DNA of 60,881 nt, counting the filler, from Hausera hauseri (taxonomy: Eukaryota): assembly GCA_046269625.1 (NCBI GenBank). It is 10 parts of 10 records of this genome, joined end to end, with 100 filler letters (N's around TTAATTAATTAA, not from the genome) between each part and the next. Parts side by side here need not be neighbours in the genome. Positions count along the whole stretch, not along the records: positions 4,460 to 16,313 come from JBJURY010064439.1; positions 16,414 to 21,182 come from JBJURY010442246.1; positions 21,283 to 25,790 come from JBJURY010549008.1; 7 more parts are not named here. The stretch is one strand, 5' to 3'. The notes beneath the pieces were generated by a model. The model searched no databases. It was not told the DNA's origin and was given only the letters and a program-made list of their open reading frames with translations. Of this stretch, positions 11,901 through 23,869 are shown piece after piece (the stretch's first letter is position 1; each line of letters opens with the position of its first letter). The position numbers and the translations under genes are program-made.

Positions 11901-14900
11901 GTAGTCTCACGTAGTCGTGACATTTCACATGTAGTAGTCATATATTCATCACGAGTAGTCGTCACATGTATTCGCCACATGTAATTGTCAAATGTAGTGG
12001 TCACATGTTTTCGTCACGTGTAGTCGTCACATGTAATTGTCACATATTCATCACATGTATTCGTCACATGTAGTCGTCACATATAATCGTGACATGTCGT
12101 AGGCACATGTAGTCATCTCGTGCGCGTCATATGTCGTCGTCACATCGTGAAATGTAGTCGCCACATGTAGTCGTCACATGTAGTCATCACATGTAGTCTT
12201 CACATGTAGTCTTCACATGTAGTCGTCACATGTAGTCTTCACATGCAGTCGTCACACGTAGTCGTCAGATGTAATCATCACATGTGGTCATCACATGTAG
12301 TCGTCACATGTAGTCGTCACATGTAGTCGTCACATGTAGTCGTCAGATGTAGTCGTCAGATGTATTCATGACATGTAGTCGTCACATGTAGTCTTCTCAT
12401 GTAGTCGTCAGATGTAGGGTCACATGTAGTTATTACATGTAGTCGTCACATATAGTCATCACATGTAGTCATCACATGTAGTTGTGGCGTGTACTCGTCA
12501 CACGTAGTTGTCACATGTAGTAGTCATATGTCGTCGTCAAATGTAGTCTTCACATGTAGTTGTCACATGTAGTCGACACAGTCGTCACATAAAGTCACAA
12601 TCGTTACAAAGTCGTCACATATATTCGTCATCTATAGTGTTTACATGTATTCGTCACATGTAGTGGACATATCTAATCGTCACATTTAGTCGTTACATAT
12701 AGCCGTTACATATAGTCTTCATATATTGTCGTCATATAATCGTCATATATAGTCATCATATACATTCGTAAAATGTCGTCACATGTACTCCTCACATTTT
12801 GATTTTACATGCAGTCTTCTCCTGTCGTCACATATTGTCGTCACATGCAATCGTCACATGTTCTCTTCACATCTATAGAGCACATGTAGTCGTCACATAG
12901 TCATCACATGTAATCATCACAGGGAATCACATGTAGTCTTCGCATGTAGTCTTCACATATAGTCGTCACATATAGTCGTCACATGTAGTCGTAACATGTA
13001 GTCCTCACAAGTAGTCATTACATGTAGTCGTCACATGTCTCGTCACATGTGGTCGTCGCATGTACTCGTCAGAAGTAGTCGTCACATGTAGGCGCCACAT
13101 GTAGTCGTCACATGTATTCGTCACATGTAGTCGTCACGTGTGGTCGTCACATGTAGTCATCACATCTAGTAGTCACATGTAGTCGACACATGTAGTCTTC
13201 ACGTGTAGTCGTCACATGTATTCGTCACATGTGGTCGTCACATAGTAGTCACCTGTAATCGTCACATGTAGTCTTCACATGTGGTCGTCATATGCAATCG
13301 TCACGTGTAGTCGACACATGTCATGGTTACATATAGACTTCAAATGTCGTCACACAGTCGGTACATGTAGTCGTCACATGAACTCACATGTAATCGTCAC
13401 AGGTAGTCTTCACATGCCGTCACATATAGTCTTCCCATCTAGTCGTTACATATAGTCAGCTCATGTAGTCGTCACATGTAATCATCACATGTAGTTTTCA
13501 TATGAGTCGTCACATGTATTCGTCACATGGAGTCGCCACATGTAGTCCTCACATATATTGACATGTAAACGTCGCACGTAGTGGTCGCATGTAGTCGTCA
13601 GATGTAGCCTTCTCATGTAATCTTAATATGTAATCGTCACCTGTAATCATAACATGTAATCGTCACATGTAGTCGTCACATGTACTCGTCAGGTGTAGCC
13701 GTCACGTTCAGGCGCCCCATGCATTCGTCTCATGTAGTCGTCACATGTAGTCTTCATATGTAGTGGTCATATGTAGTCGTCACATTTAGTCCTTACATAT
13801 CCGTTACTTATAGTCGTCATATATGGTCGTCACATAATCGTCATATATAGTCATCATATACATTCGTAACATGTCGTCAGATGTAGTCCTTACATTTTAA
13901 TTTCACATGCAGTCTTCACATGTAGTCGCCACATATTGTCTCCACATGCAATCGTCACATGTATTCCTCACGTCGTCACGTAGTCGTCACATGTAGTCTT
14001 CACATGTAGTCGTCACATGTAGTCGTCACATATCGTAACATGTAGTCTTCACATAGTCGTCACATATAGTCGTCACATGTAGTCTTTACATCTGGTTGTC
14101 ACATGTAGTCATCACATGTAGTCGTCACACGTAGTTGTCATATGTCGTCTAATGTAGTCGTCACGTGTAGTCGTCACACGTAGTTGTCACATGTCGTCAC
14201 ATGTAGTCCTCACATGTAGCCGTCACACTTAATTGTCACATGTAGTCTTCACTTGTAGTCATCACATGTAGTCGTCACACGTAGTTGTCACATGTCGTCG
14301 AATGTAGTCGTCACGTGTAGTCGTCACCTGTAGTCGTCACATGTAATCCTTACATGTAGTCGTCACATGTAGTCATCACATGTAGTTGTCACATGTAGTC
14401 TTCTCATGTAGTCATCACATGTAGTTCTCACGCGTAGTTGTCACATGGCGAATGTACTCGTCACTTATAGTCGTCACATGTAGTCGTCACTTGTAATCCT
14501 TACATGTAGTCGTCACATGTAGTCATCACATGTAGCCGTCACATGTACTCGTCACATGTAGTCGTCACATGTAGTAGTCATATGTAGTCTTGACATGTAG
14601 TCATCACATGTGATCGTCACATAGTTGTTACATGCTTCCTCAGATGTAATCGTCACAGGTAGTCGTCACATGTAGTAGTCATATGTAGTCTTGACATGTA
14701 GGCGTCACATGTAGTCGTTATGTGTAGTCGTCAGATGTAATCGTCACGTGTAGTCGTCACATGTAATTCTCACATGTAGTCCTCACATGTCGTCACATTT
14801 ATTCGTCACATGTAGTCGCACATGTAGGAGTCACATGTAGTCTTCACATGTAGTCGTCACATGTCGTCACATGTAGTCGTTGCATGTAGCTTTGACATGT

Positions 14901-16313
14901 AGTCTTCACACGGTGTCGTCACATATTCGTCTCATATACTGGACACATGTAGTCATCATATATTATCGTCATATTCGTCATATTATCGTCACATATAGTC
15001 GTCACATATTCGTCACATAGACATTACGTAGTCGTCACATATATTCTTCACATGTAGTCCTCACATGTAGTCGTCACATTTAGTCGTCACATGTGGACTT
15101 CACATGTAGTCATCACATGTAGTCCTCACATGCAGTTGTCACATGTCGTCGAATGTAGTCGTCACGTGTAGTAGTCACATGTAGTCGTCACATGTAATCG
15201 TTACATGTAGTCGTCACATGTCATCACATGTAGTTGTCACATGTCGTCGTCACATGTAGTCGTCACATGTTGTCGTCACATGTAGTCTTCACATGTAGTC
15301 GTCACATGTAATCGTCACATGTAGTTGTAACATGTAGTCGTCAGATGTAATCGTCACAGATAGTCGTCACATGGAGACGTCACATGAAGTCGTCACATGT
15401 CGTGACATGTAGTCGTCACATATAGTCGTCACATGTAGTCGTCAGATGAGATCGTCACATATAGTCGTTACATGCGTCCTCAGATATCATCGTCTCAGGT
15501 AGTCGTTACATGTAGTAGTCACATGTAGTCTTTACATGTAGTCGTCACATTTAATCGTCACATGTAGTCGTTATATGTAGTCGTCAGATGTAATCGTCAC
15601 GTGTAGTCGTCACATGTACTCGTCACATGTAGTCTTCACATGTAGCCGTCACATGTCGTCGCAAATATTCGTCACATATAGTCTTCACATGTAGTCGTCA
15701 TATGTAGTCTTCACGTGTCGTAACATGTAGTCTTCACATATAGTCGTCAGATGCAATCGTCACATGTAGTCGTCGTATGTAGTTGTCACATGTCGTGGTA
15801 ACATGTAGTAGTCTCATGTTGTCGTCAGAAGTAGTCATCACATGTAGTCGCCTCATGTAGTCGTGACATATAGTCGTATCATGTAATCGTCACGTGTAGT
15901 CTTCACACGTACTCGTCACATGTACTGGTCACATTTACTCGTCACATGTAGTTGTCACATGTAGTCTTCTCATGTAGTCATCACATGTAGTTCTCACACG
16001 TAGTTGTCATATGTCGTCGAATGTAGTCGTCACGTGTAGTCGTCACATGTAGTCGTCACTTGTAATCCTTACATGTAGTCGTCACATGTAATCATCACAT
16101 TTACTTGTCACATGTAGCCGTCGCATGTACTCGTCACATGTAGTCGTCTTATGTAGTAGTCATATGTAGTCTTGACATGTAGTCGTCACATGTAGTCGTC
16201 ACATTTGATCGTCACATAGTTGTTACATGCGTCCTCAGATGTAATCGTCACAGGTAGTCGTCACATGTAGTAGTCATATGTAGTCTTGACATGTAGTCGT
16301 CACATGTAGTCGT
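5978..16313. repeat. Satellite, 13-bp consensus CACATGTAGTCGT with 10- and 11-bp variants and higher-order blocks
   Basis: More than 10 kb of continuous tandem units, running to the contig end. Confidence 0.98.
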
Positions 16314-16413
16314 NNNNNNNNNNNNNNNNNNNNNNNNNNNNNNNNNNNNNNNNNNNNTTAATTAATTAANNNNNNNNNNNNNNNNNNNNNNNNNNNNNNN
16401 NNNNNNNNNNNNN

Positions 16414-16570
16414 TCATTGGTGAGTAACGTTCATTGGTGAGTAATGCTCATTGGCGAGTAACGTTCATTGGTGAGTAATGCTCATTGGTGAGTAACGTTC
16501 ATTGGTGAGTAACGTTCATTGGTTAGTAATGCTCATTGGTGAGTAATGCTCATTGGTGAGTAACGTTCAT
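16414..16570. repeat. 17-bp minisatellite TCATTGGTGAGTAA(CGT/TGC), about 9 copies, in an MBTPS1 intron
   Basis: Direct inspection; truncated by the contig start. Confidence 0.95.
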
Positions 16571-16620
16571 TTTATCATAAATTATATTTAACATATCAAA
16601 AGAGGAAAGCAGCAATTTAC

Positions 16621-18664
16621 CTTAGTCGACTCAATGACCATCAACAGGTATCCCTCAGCAATACCCGTCCAATGACGATATTGCAGAGGCACACTAATCT
16701 CCAATGCAACATATCCAGTCCATGGCCACAATACTGTTGAATGTGTTACAGTGACTTTCATTTTATCTCCATTTCTCTGACTCACTGAATAGTATGTTGG
16801 TGGCATAATGAATATGCCAGTAACGGCCATACTATTGACAATTGTTATCTGCAATGTGATATTTTCATAATGGCAGTTGTAATGACTAACATTGACAATG
16901 ACCGGCATTGCAGTACTGTACAATGGCTGGACACTGTATGGCCACATGTACGGATGTTCTGTCAAATCGACATAACTCGGATATGCACTGGCTTGTGGTT
17001 CTGATTCCAGTAATGTCCGATATGCCCCAATGAGATTGAGCATGCCCATCCCCTGTTCGAATATGTTGTTGTCCATATCGGGCAATCGAATTGCACTGGA
17101 CATGAGTGACTGTTTTATACTGGCAGGAGATGTCGGTGGGTTGTTGAGCAATTTCACGGCACTCATCAGCAACGCTACAACGGCAGCCACTGACGGACTG
17201 GCCAGACTCGTGCCGGATAGAGTTTTGCACGACCCGCTGAGACTCGTGCTGACAATCTGACTGCTGTACGTAATGACGTCCGGCTTCACTCGTCCGTATC
17301 CGTCAGGAATCTCCTATGGCTGGATTGAACAGAACAGAATCCATTGTCGTTATCAAACCCATGTCGTCATGCCACGAGACGAGAAACGGGCGACACGTAA
17401 ATTGAAATCCATCCCACCCACGCCGATAACGTCCATCTGATCAGCGGGATTGTTCAACGTACCGTACAACGGCCCATCGTTACCAATTGCCGACACAAGC
17501 AGAATGCCATTGGCCGACAATTCCCAGACTTTCTCGACGAATGGCCGATCCTGGAAATCCGGTCCGCCGATACTCAAATTGATTAGATCGACTCGACGAG
17601 CCATGGCGTAATTAAATGCATCGAGAAACCAGCTCGTGTACGAAGTTTGTTTTCGAGTAAACAAACGGAATATGTACAATTCGACATTTGGGGCAATTCC
17701 TCTCGGACATCGTTCATCGCCGGGATCGCTAACAAACATTCCGGCAACGAATGTCCCGTGGCCAATTGTGTCTTTGACATCTGGCTCATTCGTCCAGTTC
17801 GTACATTCGACAATGTTAGCTGTACGGAAGTGCGGATGATTCTCGTCGATGCCCGTGTCAAATATGCCGACACGAACGCCCTGTCCGCGAATTCCCATAG
17901 ACCACATCATGTCCGCTTGTAGGAAATAGGGAATCTTTGTGGGAAAAAAATAATTCCTTATTACTTTAGAGTTAATTAAAATGAACTCCAACCAATGTTA
18001 AAAACAACAGCTAATTGTTTATTCCATAAATAGTAACGATGTGAGAAATTTAGTTTATTAACTTATGAAAAATAAGTTCATATTTCTACGCATTCTCAAT
18101 ATTTACCCAAAATTAAAAAAACGCCAATTACTAAAAGTTCCACAAAAAATTATCCACAAACCTTATGTCCGTTTGATTTCACATTCCGAAACAACAATGG
18201 CTTCCGATGGGCAATAACGGCATTAACTGTGATACTCTTCACAACCTTATATGACAGCAGTTGTTCACAAATGGCCGATGCATTCTGTCGGACAAACGAC
18301 ACCACTTCAAAGTCACTGAAATCACTGCGTTTGTACGGTCGACTGTCAATGGACCAGCCGTTTCTGTATTGGTCCAGGGAAATTTTCAGGAAAACTAATC
18401 GTTCTCGGTCACTGTAAAATCGTGTGAATTTGACAATATAACCTGTGCAAGTAAAAAATTTTCGGAATTTTATATGAAAGGAATTACTTTCATCAGCACA
18501 TGACCATGCATTGCAGTACAGAATGAACAAAAATCCGATAACTTTTAGTGCATTGTCGATTGGCAATAAATTCTACAATTACGAAACAAAAATATTCAAT
18601 AACAAACATTCACAATAATTAATAAAATAGCTAAAGAAGGTCGGTAGAATACAATTTTGCACAT
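16621..18664 (-). CDS. MBTPS1: Site-1 protease (SKI-1/S1P, subtilase S8), 5' part. Inferred exons 18664-18608 (tentative), 18572-18488, 18442-18162, 17934-17359, 17313-16891, 16848-16621; continues past the contig end
   Basis: Catalytic motifs FDTG, GHGT, GNDG, GTSLASP. Family-specific [64 protein letters not shown]. Prodomain YIVKF..SDFEVV. GT-AG introns restore the frame. Confidence 0.95.
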
Positions 18665-18939
18665 GTTCTATAAACTTTAGTTTGAAATAGAAAATTAGAG
18701 AATAAAATTGTTTAATTTACCAATTCTAGGTTATCTATATAGATAATTTCGGAATTTTAAAACAATTTCATATCCATACATTTATATAGGCTAAATTGAG
18801 CTTTTTGAGATTTTCAGTAATCTTGTGTACTGCTAACAACTTATTTACGAAATTTTACTATTCGAAAATAAAATTTTTTGATAACATTGTTAAATAATTG
18901 TAAACAAGTTATAAAATTTATACAAGGTCAGCACATACC

Positions 18940-19865
18940 GTAAGTCCAACTATGTTGTTCATTATCGGCTCTTACAGTTGTACATCGAGTTAGGCGCTAT
19001 AGTTGAAAAGGTACATCGGGCTGTTGAGTTTGACCAGGGATATGTTTTTAAGGACTATATCGAACTAAATACTGCTAAGAGGGTTGCAGCAAATAATCCT
19101 TTTGAAAAAGATTTTAAGCTAAAGAAAAACAGCTTATATGGCAAACTGTCGAAAATTTGCTGAACATGTCAAACCTAAGACTGTATTAATCCTAAAAGGC
19201 TAGTTACATATGCTTGTAAGGCCCAGTTTAAAGAGAGCATTATCATCGCCGATGATCTGGTTGCTGTTCTCCTTGATAAAGACATGGTTACATTAGATAG
19301 GCCCTCATACATTAGTCATGCCGTACTTGATCTGTCCAAGTTACGGATGTTTGAGCTAAATTATGTCGACTTAGAGACATATAGGGAACAGTTTAAATGT
19401 GAACTTAATATTATTAAAGGTGAAACAGATAGTTTTATCATCCAATTCCGTGGTGTTGATTTGAGATCACAGCTCCTGCCAGCAATGATAGCAAACAAGC
19501 AGTTAGATACGTCAAACTATGACAAGACTGATCCACTGTACTCGACCCGTTTCGCAGCTGTAATTGGCAAATTTAAAGACGAGAGCAAGGGCTGCGTTCA
19601 GTATCAAGAGGGGATTTTCCTACGGCCGAAATCCTATGCCCTCAAAACCCAAACCAAACCAGTCCTCAAATGCAAGGGCATAAATCTCAAACAGACAAAT
19701 TTGCAGTTTGACAGCTACCTACAGGCTAATGAAACCGGTTGCAGCACCATGGTGAAACAGGAGCGAATTGACAGTAAAAACCACCAACTTATGACAATTA
19801 GCTCAAAAAAGAAAGCACTGGACCCGTTTGACGACAAACGCTAGTGGATTGAGAAAAACCGGAGT
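18940..19865 (+). pseudogene. Protein-primed family B DNA polymerase, C-terminal fragment (Polinton/adintovirus-like)
   Basis: KLKKNSLYGK, LDLSKLRM, GETDS (from xDTDS), IGKFKDE, LRPKSY, DPFDDKR. Frameshifted; same family as 37042-39134. Confidence 0.9.
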
Positions 19866-19977
19866 GTATAAATGTACTGTATAAATATGTAAACATTTTC
19901 TTTTAAATATTTTTGTATATGTTTTATCAATAAAAGTCTTAAATCTCTCTTATATTTTATTACTTTGCCTATGTTCC

Positions 19978-20270
19978 AGGGGTGGGAATAGTGAAACCAC
20001 GATCACGCCAGAATGCTTGGTTTTTGGGAGTGGAAAGAGTGAAACCTAATCCGAGCCAAAAATTCCTTTTTTCTAGGGGTTGGGAATATTGAAACCACGA
20101 TCAAGCCAGAATGCTTGGTTTTTGGGAGTGGAAACAGTGAAACCTAATCCGAGCCAGAAATCCCTTTGTTCTAGGGGTTGGGAATATTGAAACCACGATC
20201 AAGCCACAATGCTTTTTTCTAGGGGGTGGGAATAGTGAAACCCAATCCAAGCCACAAATCCCTTTGTTCA
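19978..20270. repeat. 98-bp tandem repeat (two related ~49-bp halves), about 3 copies
   Basis: GAAACCACGATC recurs at 19993, 20091 and 20189, alternating with GAAACC(T/C)AATCC subunits. Confidence 0.9.
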
Positions 20271-20504
20271 CAACCAAAATTTAAACAAAAAATTTTTACG
20301 CACCAAATTAAAATTTTTTAAAGTACTTCGAATCCATACAGTACGCCTGCTTGTGTGTATCATTCTCATGACTGTGTATCACTTTCATGACTGTGTGCCG
20401 CCCATCTCCGCCCTATTCACCGTGTATGTGTGTATCATTTTTTTTCTACCACATGACTCATCACGAACCACTTCTTTCCATGCTTCCCTGGGGCGGGGGT
20501 TGGC

Positions 20505-20792
20505 TTTATGTGTTCCCTTCTACCTACTTCCGCCAGGGCGTACAGCATCTAACAAGAAATCTAAACGTACACTATTTGGTGTTGTTCAAAAATCCCAGTG
20601 ATAAGACAAGCATTTCCTCACAATCCTGCCTACTTAATATATGCATATCATGATGCTATGACAGAGTCGCACGGATACTTGTTCATGGACTTTACACAAC
20701 AGTGTCCCGATGACATGCACGTACGAATAGACATTTTCAATCAGAAAGGTGGTGTATGTGTCTATAAACAAATTCGAAAATTGACGACATGA
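20505..20792 (+). pseudogene. Polinton/adintovirus packaging ATPase (A32/FtsK-like), C-terminal fragment
   Basis: LNVHYLVLFKNPSDK then, after a frameshift, RQAFPHNPAYLIYAYHDAMTESHGYLFMDFTQQCPDDMHVRIDIF, matching the conserved LNxHYxVLFKNPRD...HGYLxxD..R.RTxIF tail. Confidence 0.85.
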
Positions 20793-21015
20793 TTATGATA
20801 AAAATGAAGAATTTCCCACAAACGATTGTTAAACGTAAACCTACTAAGCAGATGTCCGGTAAGAAACGTGTATCAGAACGAACCACCGCTACAGTCAAGC
20901 GATTAATCAGTTCTATGCTTCGTCGAACAACAACAGCAGCAGCTAGACGCAAATTGCCGTCACAGTGGCAACGGTTATAAACAACTATGTCTTATCAGCA
21001 TCAATACATCCAAAA

Positions 21016-21182
21016 ATGCTATTCAAACGTAGTCAACCGTACTTAATTGCTTTGCTGAAAGCACCTACGAGACATAAGCGAAACATGCTGCGATCATTCC
21101 CACAGTTTGTAGTAGAAGATTTGATGGAATTTTTCTACAATATCGTTGTTGGTCACGTTGACATTGGTAGTGGAAAGCGGAA
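21016..21182 (+). CDS. Small helical Polinton/adintovirus-type protein following the ATPase (truncated by contig end)
   Basis: MLFKRSQPYLIALLKAPTRHKRNMLRS..VVEDLMEFFYNIVVGHVDI resembles the small conserved ORF (LxxLxxAxxxxRxxLL...ExxxNxxxGxV) found beside the ATPase in these elements. Confidence 0.6.
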
Positions 21183-21282
21183 NNNNNNNNNNNNNNNNNN
21201 NNNNNNNNNNNNNNNNNNNNNNNNNNTTAATTAATTAANNNNNNNNNNNNNNNNNNNNNNNNNNNNNNNNNNNNNNNNNNNN

Positions 21283-21577
21283 TTTTTGCACACTTGCACA
21301 TGTGCTGCACACTTGCACTGTGCACCAATCCATGCATCTCGATGTGCTGTATCGATTAGAACAAAGTGTTAATCGATTCGATCAATAGTGCACTGTGCAC
21401 CGTCGATAAGTGAAAAATGTGAAAATGTGCATAGCAACAGTGCCTAGCGGCACCGTTGCCAGGCACTTTTCCGATCGATAGTGCACAGTGAGCACTATCG
21501 ATCGGCACATGTTCAAAATCGATTTATCGGCTCCACCCCCACCCCGGGTTGGGTAGAACCGCCATTTTCCTCTTACT
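21283..21577. repeat. End of an unclassified interspersed repeat, homologous to 30550-30892
   Basis: Shared GCACACTTGCACTGTGCACCA...GCATAGCAAC...AAAATCGATTTATCG...GAACCGCCATTTT. It abuts and truncates a gypsy RT. Confidence 0.85.
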
Positions 21578-23600
21578 CTGTGCAGACCCTTCAACGCCAT
21601 ATCGATGCTATTCTTTCTAATTTTCCTTATGCTCATCCTTATACTGATGATATTTTAGTCGTTTCTTCTTCAATCCAACAACACGAGGAACACATCAGAT
21701 CAATATTTAAACGTTTACACCAGCACAACCTACAGATTAATTTCACCAAATATTACTTCTTCCAGAAGCGCATAAATTTCCTTGGTCACATTATTATTTC
21801 CTAACGTCCCTTGCCTCGGCCCCATCGAGTTGAAGCCTTAAAAATGTGCAGCTATCTCGAACATCAAGAATGAGGAGCTTTTGGGGCACTTTACATTTCG
21901 CTCATAAGTATGTTCCGTATTGTTATGAACTATCCGCACCATTTACTCACCTAAGTGGCGATAAAAAGCACCAACCAATAGTATGGACACCTGAACTAGT
22001 AAATAAATTCGACAATCTAAGAGAATTTTTAAAAACAGTTGAAATATTACCTTTTCCCAAGCCTGATGCCCAGGTGATCCTCACTAAAAATGCCTCAACT
22101 ACCGCGGTAGGTGCCGTATTTCATCAAATCCATAAAGGAAAAAACCAGCATTTGGAGTTTTTTTCACGTAAGTTAACACCTCTTAAGACTAGGTACTCAA
22201 CGTTCGACCGAGAGCTATTAGCCATAGTTCTCGCATTAAAACATTGCTCCCATCTACTTACTGCTGGCCACTTTACCATACAGACCGGTCACAAGCCTTT
22301 GATCAGTATAATGGCAATGAAACACACATCACCTCAACAGGAACGACAAATTTCGTACTTTTCAACATTCACTTTTGAAATGAAAATCATTAACGGTGTA
22401 AGTAACTTAGTTGCTGACTTTTTATAAAGGTCAGTTAACTCAATTAACATTAAGCCTATTTTCACACAAAATCAGTTGCAAGAAAACCAGCCACCTTCAG
22501 ACATGCTTAAATCTTTTCAATCTTGCAAAATCAGCGACGGAGTGGCCTTAGACACGTCCAAACCAGGACAGACTAAAATAATTCTAGCTCCTGTCTAGCA
22601 AAAACGCATTTAATAGCCTGCATTCACAACACAATCCTGGTGCTAGGACCACTTCCCGCTTACTTCACCGACAGGTAGTTTAGCCGTCAGTGCGTTCTGA
22701 TGTACAAACGTGGGTTAAGGAGCGTGTGGCTTGCCAGAAACTTAAAACCACCAAGCATTTAAAGCCACCACTATATAATTTCCCTTGCACATTGCATTTC
22801 GAATCCATGCATATAGATCTTGATGGCCCTCTTCCTCCAGACAACAGCCATCAATTCATCTTGACCATGACGGACCTCTCCTCGCAAAGGCCAGAAGCCA
22901 TCCCTTTACGGAACACTAATACGGACACAATTGCCGAAGTTTTCATCTGCACATGGATTATAAGGTTTGGATTCCCTATATTTATCATTACCGATCAAGG
23001 TCCCCAATTAGAATCCAACCTGTTTACATCTCTCGTTAACCGATTGGGATCAGCCATATACACACAACGCCCTATCATCCGCAATCAAATGGACTTCTTG
23101 AAATATTCCATAGAACACTGAAAACGTCGCCAGGAATCCTTGCTGAATCCAACAGTAGTTGGACAATCTTTCTTCCGTTAGTTGTGCTTGGCTGGCGGAA
23201 CACTCAATTCACTTCCACAAAATGCTCACCTACCGAAGCCTTGTTTGGGGCTCCTGTCAGATCATTATTTGAGCTAGCTGCCCTGGGAAATGCACCTACT
23301 GACAAAATGATCCGGGCAGCACAGAATCACTTCGTTGATGTCAACGAAGACTCCTTCTGCAGAATATTACATAATTATAAATTTTATTTACCAGACGATC
23401 TGTACTCTGCTAAGTTCGCTTGGCTAAAGAAGCAGACGCCGTGCGGTTTTCAACCGCGGTATTTGGGGCCCTACAAACTCGTTCACTTGCACTCACACAA
23501 TGCTATTATATGTAAAGACGGCAAGGAACTATCGGGGCATAACGTCAAATCCGCATTCGTCGTAGATGACACCTCCAAATTGAATATCCAACTCCCTTTC
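21578..23600 (+). mobile_element. Ty3/gypsy pol fragment (RT end, RNase H, integrase, GPY module), decayed
   Basis: QRHID..YTDDILV; NASTTAVGAV..FFSRKL..YSTFDRELLAI..TGHKPL; MHIDLDGPLP..PEAIPL..ITDQGPQ; RYLGPYKLV. Same family as 25950-30449. Confidence 0.95.
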
Positions 23601-23869
23601 AAACTCCTTCAACCATTCCTGTTTCTATTTCTGTTTCTGCACCTATTTCACCTTCTGTTTTTTTTCTTTCCCCCTTACAACCTCTATTTCTGCTCTTTCG
23701 CCTATTTCTATTCCTTCCTCTGCCTCTACGCCTATTTCATATTCTATTTCTTTTCCAAATCCTGCTGCAACCTCCACTTCTACTAATCTAACAGTCTTTT
23801 CTTCCTTTTCTTCTGCATCTCCTTCTCCCTTTCCAGATTCGTCTTTTCACGACACAACACCTTACAGGA

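Noticed and set aside
5978-16313. CRISPR array or coding repeat
   Set aside because: Units are contiguous with no unique spacers, there are no cas genes, and no ORF is called across the array.
16414-16570. CRISPR-like repeat
   Set aside because: Head-to-tail 17-mers without spacers; an intronic minisatellite.
16886-17922. Overlapping alternative and antisense ORFs inside MBTPS1
   Set aside because: Shadow frames of a relatively GC-rich coding region, with no motifs.
16588-18566. Bacterial subtilisin or prokaryotic operon
   Set aside because: Spliceosomal introns and MBTPS1-specific motifs.
19978-20270. CRISPR-like repeat containing GAAAC
   Set aside because: The intervening sequence is itself repeated with a 98-bp period.
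23580-23850. Transmembrane env-like tail on ORF 23184-23786
   Set aside because: The Phe/Leu run is an off-frame reading of pyrimidine-rich low-complexity DNA after integrase.
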